Origin: Zootoca vivipara
Taxonomy: Eukaryota
DNA: 64,000 nt
Direction: 5' to 3'
Assembly (NCBI RefSeq): GCF_963506605.1
Contig: NC_083283.1
Location: 33,604,001 to 33,668,000 of the forward strand
Of this stretch, positions 54,719 to 64,000 are shown piece by piece (the stretch's first letter is position 1; the number at the start of each line of letters is the position of its first letter). A program made the translations under genes and the position numbers. The notes beneath the pieces are model-generated. The model was not told where the DNA came from. It worked only from the letters and a program-made list of their open reading frames with translations, and did no database searches.

Positions 54719-55644
54719 AAGTTTAAAGTAAAGTTCACAGATGTCTTAATGAGAAAAGGTTTTAATACCGATTACAGTCTTCCGATTTAAATTATTGGTA
54801 AAATTATTTAAATTATTGGTAAAACGCCAATGTGTTTAAAACTCCGATTTAAATTATTGGTAAAACTCCCATTTTAACTGGATAGATCCTACATGCTGTT
54901 AGCAAATTCGTGGTCTTAAATGTGTTATTTAATAACAATCCCCATGTAATCAAAGCAACACTCACAAAAGAGTTATCAGTAGGCATGGGGAAATCCCAAG
55001 GTTTGCAGGAAAAGCTTAAAGCAGAATAAAAACGTATAGTAGAAAAAGACCCTATCAAAACAGGCCAATGAGGACTCAGTATGCTCAGTTGGGATGGACC
55101 GGTTGACTGTTGAGGATGGACAATGGCAGAGAGATGGATGGAGTATTTTGGGAAAGGGTGTGGAGCTATCCTGACTATCAAAAGGAATCAACACTGCAAC
55201 ATTTGTTTGAAGTTCCCACAGGTATGCACTATTGCTGGCCCTTTTTGTATGTTGGTAAATGTTTTTATTTAAAATATTGCACTTTCATAGAAGCCTGTGT
55301 ACAACACAAAACCAATAATATAATAACATCAATAAATACCAGTAGGTAAAAAATTCACAATTCAAAGGCCTGTCTGAAAAATATTTTCAAAAGATGTCTA
55401 AAAGAAGACAAAGATGACTCGTGCTGGGCTTCTACAGGCAGGGCCTGCCCCATTAAAAGCTCAGTCCCTGGCACAGTCTGAGTAAACCATGGGTCTCAAC
55501 CAACTGCCCCTCTACTGAGGTAGAGCATAAGAAATTAGTATTGGTCTCACGTAGTTTAGGGCTTTGGCTTAACAAAAGAACCTTAAACCCTACATGGCAG
55601 CAAATTGGCAACCAGTGCAGTTTTCTCAACAAAGGAGCAATATA

Positions 55645-56158
55645 TGGACTACTGCAATGCCCTCAACGTGGGGCTACCTTTGAAGGTGACCCGGAAACTA
55701 CAACTAATCCAGAATGCGGCAGCTAGACTGGTGACTGGGAGCAGCCGCCAAGACCACATAACACCGGTCTTGAAGGATCTACATTGGCTCCCAGTACGTT
55801 TCCGAGCACAATTCAAAGTGTTGGTGCTGACCTTTAAAGCCCTAAATGGCCTCAGCCCAGTATACCTGAAGGAGCGTCTCCACCCCCATCGTTCTGCCTG
55901 GACACTGAGGTCCAGTACCAAGGGCCTTCTGGCGGGTCCCTCGTTGCGAGAAGACAAGTTGCAGGGAACCAGGCAGAGGGCCTTTTCGGTAGTGGCGCCC
56001 ACCCTGTGGAATGCCCTCCCATCAGATGTCAAAGAGAAAAATAACTACCAGACTTTTAGAGGACATCTGAAGGCAGCCCTGTTTAGGGAGGCTTTTAATG
56101 TTTAATCAATTATTTTATTTTATTTTTCTGTTGGAAGCCGCCCAGAGTGGCTGGGGAA
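55645..56158 (+). mobile_element. Young L2 3' fragment nested in an older minus-strand L2 (about 55300-56620)
   Basis: Uninterrupted L2 C-terminus DYCNALNVGLPLKVTRKLQLIQNAAARLV...AALFREAFNV, near-identical to the 19.8-20.4 kb copy; flanks are decayed minus-strand L2. Confidence 0.9.
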
Positions 56159-59100
56159 TAATTATTTTGTCAGTAACCTGTTCCTGGCCTCTGCATTCTG
56201 CACTAGTTGCAACTTCTGGTCCAGATAACACAATCAAACCAACAAAGTTTGCTACAGTGATTCTTGAGGTTAGCCATGCATGGACTCCTATGGTCTGGCT
56301 GGCTGTCTTGGTCCAGGGATGGTTGCAGCTGGTGTACCTGCCAATGCTAGTAAAAGCCACAGAGGTCACTTGGGCCTCTCATGACAAAGATGAATCAACA
56401 AGTGCCCCTAGCTTACAAACCTGCTCCTTCAGAGGGAGTGAACCCCATCTAGAACAGGTTGGGCATAATGGAGAAATAGAGTTGGGTGTCATCTGCCTAC
56501 AAATGGCACCGTGCTCCAAAACTCCTAGTGACTACCCTCATATAGGGCTTCATTTAGCATTGGGGAGAGCACTCCATTGCATAAACTGGGTTGAAGAGCA
56601 CTCTCCCAGTTCTACTCTCTGGACATGACCCCGTAGCTAAAAATGGGGCCACTGATACACATCTCCAGAAGTCCATGGACCTACACAATTAGTCACAGTG
56701 ACTGTTCTGACAACAATCCCGAAGTGTCTTGTCATTTCATGCAACACACAAGAACCAAATTAGTAGCATCGTGTGTACACAGTACCTGGTCTGCTAGCTG
56801 TGGCCTCTTGAGCACTCTCTTTTTAATCAGTATTCTGTACCCATAATTTTGAACATCATTTGACTTGCTTTAATTTGCAAAAATAAGTGATCTCTCTGTG
56901 TCGTCATAGGTTGATTCACAAATGAGGGCCAAACTGGGTGAGATGCTGGAGACCTTGGCTGGAGGAAAACAGACTTAATTATTGCCCTCTAGGCTCTTAT
57001 TCTGGGGGGAAATGCCTCCCTGGGTTTTTCATCAAAAGGGCAAAAGAACAGGACCCTATGGTTGTGGAAACAGCTGGGGGCATGACTTGATTAGAGAAAT
57101 GGCCTGCAAGGAAATATTTAAGCATCCTTAGCCCTTCATGGCTGCATTTAAAATGAAAGAGGTGGGGGAATCAGGGGACTGTTTATGCATCTCTCCTATA
57201 TTGTCTAATTTGGCCCTTATTTAAATTAATCTGCTTGGAATTTAAGATGATTTACATCACAGTCCTCAACACACTTATTTGGAAACATGTTCCAGTGATT
57301 TCAGAGGAACTTAATGCCAAGTAAATGTGTTTAGGAGAGGGTGCCAGTTGGCTTAAATTATTGTACTTCAGTTTAACTGGGATTATAAATGAATAAAAGC
57401 CAAAATTCCCAAAGGAAGCATTGTTCATCCTGAAAGAATTTTAGCTGCAGACCCAAATACTTCATCTGAGTAATCCCATGGAAACCAGTGGGACTACTCT
57501 AGAAACAAGCAGCATAAATTCTTGCTGCTTTTCTGTTTTGCAGTATCCTGCATCTTATACTATCTGTCCTTTAACTTTTCCCTAGACTCCACTTCCTAAT
57601 TACAATTAATACCAAATATTTTAATTTTCTTGGCTACATAAAGGGCAACAAATAAATCAGGCTTTATTTTTCTGTCTTGCTGGGTCAAAGATTTGATTTA
57701 TTGTGTCTATGTTATCACACAATCAAAATTTCATTCCCAGTGTTTGTTTGGGAAAATTCTACACCCTGCCTATTTATTTTGAATGTCTCTTCTCATTAAT
57801 GTTGCTGAACTGTAATTTCCAGCCTCCAAATATCACTTTTTATTGTTCAGAGTCCCATAAATATATGGTTGTGTGTGTTTTATATATACATAAAACACTA
57901 CCAACTAAGTCCCATGGAATTCAGATCTGCATATTTCAAGGAGATATAGGATTGCAGTCTGAATGTGTTTAGGGATAGATTTCAAATCCAGTCAAAAACT
58001 GCTTTCCTGGATTTTTGCGTTCCCATTTTTCCAGCACAATTTCCAGAGAAGAATTTGGTGAGGATTTTTAGATTTTTTTTCCTCCAAGGGAGAACAACTA
58101 ACTTGGAGTTGGGGATATTTCCAAAATGATGCAATGATTAAATGGTGCAGTATCACAGTTAAAATTATTGGAGAGAACAAAGCAATGAGTTGTCCTTTCT
58201 TTCCAGACAGAATATTTTGGACTTCAACAGTGTAGGTGGTTGTTTTTAAATTTCCTGTTAGTTTTGATTGAGACATTGTTACCATTGTGAATTGTGTGTG
58301 GGGGGGGGGTGTCAATAAAATAAACGTTTAAAATTATAATCTTAGAGTGAGGTAATGGTGCATACACATACTCTTGTGTTCTGAAATCTGGATTTATCAT
58401 ATGGAGCTAGGCCAGGTGTAAGCAACCAGATATCAAAATCTGGAACAATAACGGGACTATCTCTAAATATGTATATTATTCAAATTGCTATAGTTGTAAT
58501 AACTAATATTGGCCAGCTCAGTGTCCACCCCACTAATGAAGTAAGTCTGTGTATTTTTATAATATTATTGGATATCAAGAGCATGACTAGGGACTTCGGC
58601 AGACTTTTCCTCCCTTCTTTCATTGTAAAGTAAGCCTATATGCTGTATTACAAATAGATTTAAAATTTTAAATGTGATTTTCCCCCCGTGTGCTTCTGTG
58701 GGGATGCCAAAGGCACATAGTAGTAGTACTGTACTGTCATTACTAGAGCATGGCCTACAGTCTTCATATTCTGTGGTATTGCCCTCCACACACACTTGCC
58801 CGAAACATATGGAAAATCTGTTATACAACATTCTCCCTAATAAGGGCTGTAGTTGAATGTATGGAAAACCCAACAGATTCTCCTACTTTTGTATTCCTAC
58901 CTGCAAAAAAAAAAAAAAATATCAAATGGGTGCTGGGGTAGGGATTGGTGTTTTGGGAGAAATGGTATTAATTGAAAATATCCAGTGTTGCTCCTTCTCC
59001 CCCTGCAAGGGGATTTTACCCCACCTCCTCACACCCGTACCCCACACCATCCCCAAATCCGCCCTGGAGGGTTTCGGGCATGCCCAGAACAGATTTAGGG

Positions 59101-60350
59101 GGCATGCATGGAGAGGAAAAGCGAGGACATTCTATTGTGTAAGGAGAAATCCTTAGTACTACACTGAATACAACCCAAAGTGAAAAGCTGTTAAAGCACA
59201 AGTGATGTTTGGTGGATACCATATAGCAAAGTACTACCTACACACAAACAAACAAACATGCACAAGGGACAGCTATTTAGCTGTACCATGAGGGTAAGAT
59301 TTGGAGTCAGAATTCCAGGCCCCCAATCTTCCCAGATTTTGAAGGAGGATGAGGCCCCTGAAAGACTATTAAGTTTTGAAGCCTAAAAATGACCAAATTG
59401 CACCACTGCAGCTAACTACAAATGATAAAAATATAAAATTAAAATTACCTTAATGCTGGCTATTTTAATGTGATGCTTTTCTCTACATGGCAACTTTAAA
59501 GATTTGCTATCTTATTTATCTAGCTTAAAATATCATTGTTTATTAATTGTGGGAAAGGTTATTGGAAAATATGCAGAGCCGTGACTTTCTACTCTTTGGC
59601 AAAGGTCAATACTGGCAAATTCTGAAAAAGAATAATGGGAGTAAAAGAAAAGAAAAAAGGAACTTATGAAAAGATTGTTTAACCTCCGAGCCCAACGTTT
59701 AAATTACTCCCCTCCAGCAAAACGGTTACTTTATCCTAACCCAAACAATTTTCATAAAGAACAATTTCAACGTTTGTACCTAGAGAATATAGGCATTGCT
59801 TTCAATCGTGCAAACGCCTCCCAGGCTTCTAATGGAAAGATGATTAATTCACAGAGCTTGCAACTATTTCCTTGAGGAGAGTGAGATAAGGTACCGGCTA
59901 ATGGTTTGTTGAGAGCCTCCATTCGCATCTTGTGGTCCGTGGCTTGGAAACTTGGCTCAGGGCCAGATTTGGGTTTTATTCTGAAACAATCCTTTGGATT
60001 TCATATCAAAGCAACTTGTCCCCGGCCCTAATTTAAAGCTAGGAGTTAGAGGGAAAGATGAGAGCAGGGTAAATAAAAATCTCCAAAGAATTTAATCGCC
60101 AGCTAATTTAATGCAGGGAACTGTGTTTAATCAGTCGGGCAGCCATCCTGAGCTCTATTTCTTTTAGCTGTTTTCAAGGAAATATTTATATCTTGTTTCC
60201 ACATAAAGAACACAAACCAGTGAAACTCAAGGACTTCAAAACCACACTGATTTCAACAGGAGAGATTTAAGTGTAAAATCTGCTCTCCCACTGAAATTGA
60301 TGAGACTTAAAAGCCCTTAATTCAGATTTTAATGACTTCTGTTGATGTTC

Positions 60351-60697
60351 AATAATAATAATAATTTATTACCGGTATTTATACCCCACCCATCTTGCTG
60401 GGTTTCCCCAGCCACTCTGGGCGGCTTCCAACAGAAAAATAAAATAAAATAATCGATTAAACATTAAAAGCCTCCCTAAACAGGGCTGCCTTCAGATGTC
60501 CTCTAAAAGTCTGGTAGTTTGTTGGTTTTTTTGACATCTGGTGGAAGGGCTTTCCACAGGACGGGTGCCACTACCGAGAAGGCCCTCTGCCTGGTTCCCT
60601 GTAACTTGGCTTCTCGCAGCGAGGGAACCATCAGAAGGCCCTCAGCACTGGACTTCAGTGTCCAGGCAGAGTGATGGAGGTGGAGACACTCCTTCAG
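60351..60697 (-). mobile_element. Young L2 3' end fragment
   Basis: Closely matches 19807-20150, including the TAA-repeat tail and CTGGGTTTCCCCAGCCACTCTGGGCGGCTTCCAAC. Confidence 0.9.
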
Positions 60698-62034
60698 TCA
60701 AGTGTTTAGCAGTTTTGCTCTGATGATTCAACATATATTCAGAAATTCTGTTGGAAGCGTACTCCAGTTTAGTATCCTAGTTCTCAATATGTGTTTTCTG
60801 CTCTGATTCGCCAACTACAGCTTCTTTCAGACAGATGATTTGGCCCTACCTGTGGCTTCCCTTAAAGAAGGTTCAGAAACATCAACTGGTCCCAAATGCA
60901 GTGATCAGGCTACTGACTAAGGTTCACTTTAGATATCCAACTAATATTTACTCAGAGTAGACCCACTGAAATCAATGGTCCTGAGCAGTGCTATTTTTCT
61001 AGGAAAAAAGAGGTGCAGAACTCAACACGAATGCCTCCCTTGTTCTCTTATAATGGCAATGGTGCCCACCTGAGAGATGCCAAAACTGAGTGGTACATAG
61101 ATTTTGTAACAAAATGGAGTATTAATTTCCACCCCAGCGCCTAATCAATCTGAACTTTCTTCCTGCTACAACTGTCTCATCCACACAGTGAGATCCTACA
61201 GCACTGCCTGGCTTTGTCTTTTGCTTTCTACTTTGGTTATTGCGAGTGCGTAGGATAAATTAGAAAGCACCATTGTGTGCCACTGCACATAGGATTGGAC
61301 CCTGCTAGGTTTTGGCCCATAAAGGCTGTGATCATAAGCAATTAAATTCTAGGTGGATCACCTGTAAGAAAATGAGTTGAGCCCTAATTTTGTTCATTAT
61401 TACAGGGCCGGCACCCTCAGATCACTGCATGCATTGCTTTAAAAGAGAATTAGACAAATTTGTGAAGCATAAAGGCTATCAATTGCTACTAGCCACGATG
61501 GCTATGTACTTTCTCCATTGTCAAATGCAGTGTTCTTCTGAATACAAGTTGCTGAGTTGTGAGAGTGCTGTTTGCACTCATGTTCTGCTTGTGGTGTGGT
61601 TGGGCACTGTGAGAACAGGAAGCTAAACTATATGAGCCATTCCTCTCATCCAGGGCATATTGTCTTATGTTTTTTTGCCTGACAGTTTGTATGCTAAACT
61701 TCTAACTGCAATAAAACATTGCAGAACACTAACAGTGTGCATGTTGTGCATGTTTTAAAACCAAATAGCCATCAAGAGCTTGGGGGGGAGATGCAAGCAG
61801 AGGCCTAACAGGCGTAGTCAGGCCTTTTGTTAGGGTGGCAGACCTTTTGTTGGTGGGGCAGAACCTCAGTTAGCTATGTATTTTTATTGAATTTTGGGGG
61901 GCAGCTGCCCCCCCTGGCTACACCCATACACCCTTAGGGCAGGAAGGGAGAATAATTAGCAGACCTCCATATTTTTTTCGGCTCATGCAACAGTTTGATT
62001 CACCATCCCCTTCTTCAAATAACTCAGTTGGGCC

Positions 62035-62449
62035 CAGTGTCAGATTTACGTATAAGCTAAACAAGCTATAGCTTTGGGCCCCACTCTCTTTGGGGCCCCC
62101 CAAAAAAATTAAAGAAAAAACAACCTGGATGTACATTTCCAAAATCTAAGATAAAAAACAAATAAAATAAAACCTACATACAGCAACAGTGTTTTGTGTT
62201 GTAAGTAATGGGGCCCGCCTGCTACCATAGCCTGCTCCCTAAAATATCACTGGTTTGCTCATTTCTATATATAGGGTGCCTGGTTCTGCATGTGCAAATG
62301 GCTTTAGATACCTATTAAGTCCATATATTACCATATAGCATATATTCAACACAAAAAACAATTTGTTGTTGACAAAGGGCAGCTGGCCATATAAAGGGCC
62401 CCGTTACCTTCAGTAGCTTAGGGCCTCATCAAACCTAAATCCGGCCCTG
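62035..62449. mobile_element. hAT non-autonomous element
   Basis: CAGTGTCAGATTTA...TAAATCCGGCCCTG imperfect TIRs, TSD GTTGGGCC/GTTGGACC. Confidence 0.8.
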
Positions 62450-62499
62450 GTTGGACCCCTGAACAAAACACCAGGCGTAATTGATAAAAATCAGAGGTG

Positions 62500-62987
62500 C
62501 CCCCACCTCAAACCTGCCTGGCTGAGACCCTGCCAGAGACCCATGCCTGGTTCTACTCACTCGAAGGGGACTGCACTCTGCACATGCCCATGCGCCCTCT
62601 TTTCCTCATCAGGAGCTGGCGTCAGACCAAACCTTGGAGATGGATGCCAGGACCACGGGTCCTAAGAAACTCCTGTGGCTCAGATGAGAGCTGCGTCTGT
62701 TCCCCGGGAGGGAGAGACCGGGTGGAGGAGGATGAAGGTGAGGCCGCTGCTTTGTCGGAAGGCGCCTCGGCCCCCTGCAGGGGAAAGAGGTCGAGCTCGC
62801 CAGGAAGGACAGGGGGCGATGCGAGAGGAGGAGGAGCAGCAGCAGGAGGCGAGGAGGAGGAGGAGGAGGCGGAGGAGCCCCTCGGAAGTCTATAAGAGAG
62901 ACGCGCTTCTCCACTCCCAGCCCGGACTACATCGCCACTGGCCTGCCAGGCGCCTCTCTGCCCCGGGTGCTCACCCCAGAAGACTAA
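62500..62987 (+). promoter_or_regulatory. GC-rich promoter with TATA-like box and candidate non-coding first exon; possibly TCF24 by synteny
   Basis: CpG-rich, (GAG)n tract, TATAAGAG at 62891, donor AA|gtaagt at 62988. TCF24 follows PPP1R42 in mammals, but no bHLH coding sequence is in the window. Confidence 0.5.
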
Positions 62988-64000
62988 GTAAGTGCTATGT
63001 AACTTTCTGCCCTCTCTATCTCAATAGCGAACAATTGTGCTGTTTTGTTATATTTACTCTGGTTCTGTATTTGGGTGCAGTCTCATTTATTGTTAGAACC
63101 CAATCATTGGGAAATCAAGCCCGAAACGGTTTTCCCCAAAACTGCTGCTTTAGAGATGCAGCTTGGTGGTCTGCTTGCCTTTTGAACATGTTCTCTAGGA
63201 AGCTGCCGCAGTTAACTTCACTGGGAATAAAAGTTCCCTGCAAATCGAGAGAAGCGGGCTCGCTCAGCTTTGGCGAATTCTGCAGGCTCAACAACAAGCA
63301 GGTAATTTTAAATTGGATTAGTTAACTCTCCCTAATCATATTGCCATTATACTCAGGAGGAATTGCAAGTGATATTTGTTTCATTGCAGGATTGTGAGCC
63401 AAGTCTTGCCGCTATTGATTCGTGTTGGGAGTTATTCTAGGCTCAGCTGAAGGACGGTGTGAATTTGTGGGCTTTCGGAATAGGAAATATCTCGATCTCT
63501 TAGAAGTTCCTGGCTTTTCGGATGCGAAATCAGTCAGCGGCTGCTTGTTTCCAGTTGCTGTTTTTTCAGTGCCGAAAAGTCAAAATGTGTAGCTGTAAGA
63601 AATCTATTTGAGTTACAGATGCGATGTATAAGAACGAATACTTTTCGATGTTCCAACGGTTTGAATAAAAACAGTAAATATATATATATATAATGGGAAT
63701 GTCTTACAGAACCTTCCATCCCGATCTTAAAAACAGAAGTTATTTATGTGTATTGAGGATCAAGCCATACATCAGCCGCAAGTTGACCTCAAGCCTCAAG
63801 AAAGTGAGAGTGGGGGAAGGCGTACAGTATTTGCATCCAGGTAGCGAAAATCACACTGATGCTTGGGGAAATGGTTGTACCTAGAACGTTGAATGGGAAA
63901 TTCTGCACTACTTTTTCTTCCCTTGCAGTCCTATAAACATCTGCTCATAAGTAGCAGGAATTTAGTTCAAGGGGGGATGCTCCTAAGTAAACAATGCTTC

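Noticed and set aside
55605-56105. 166 aa ORF as a host gene
   Set aside because: It is the L2 ORF2 C-terminus with a non-ATG start in flanking DNA
62497-63325. 132 and 216 aa ORFs as TCF24 coding sequence
   Set aside because: No bHLH domain; low-complexity translation of the triplet tract running through a splice donor

Overview
Vertebrate genomic DNA, almost certainly a squamate lizard: it carries a Sauria SINE, young L2 LINEs and many hAT and Tc1/mariner MITEs. A lacertid origin is plausible but is inference only. The window shows the gene order known from human 8q13. It contains the 5' end of CSPP1 on the minus strand (putative non-coding exon 1 near 8.6-8.8 kb, coding exons 3161-3262 and 2305-2401), head-to-head with a complete 8-exon COPS5/CSN5 on the plus strand (CDS 10275-23197, 337 aa, intact JAMM motif). 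Next is a complete PPP1R42/LRRC67 on the plus strand (CpG promoter about 34.7-35.5 kb, 8 coding exons 37669-54490, 342 aa), then a GC-rich TATA promoter/first exon at about 62.5-63.0 kb that may be TCF24 by synteny. Most ORFs in the supplied track are spurious or TE-derived. The unusual content is mostly transposon architecture: a non-autonomous Helitron with a nested hAT and internal minisatellite; a 1.5-kb TA-flanked TIR element carrying pieces related to that Helitron and to a hAT MITE; two hAT elements inserted in the same 8-bp target; and a 96-bp Penelope-type inverted repeat. Candidate regulatory signals include RFX X-boxes, a PPP1R42 uORF and a possible divergent spliced antisense transcript. 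I found no convincing new protein-coding system. Comparisons with human proteins are from memory, not from a search.
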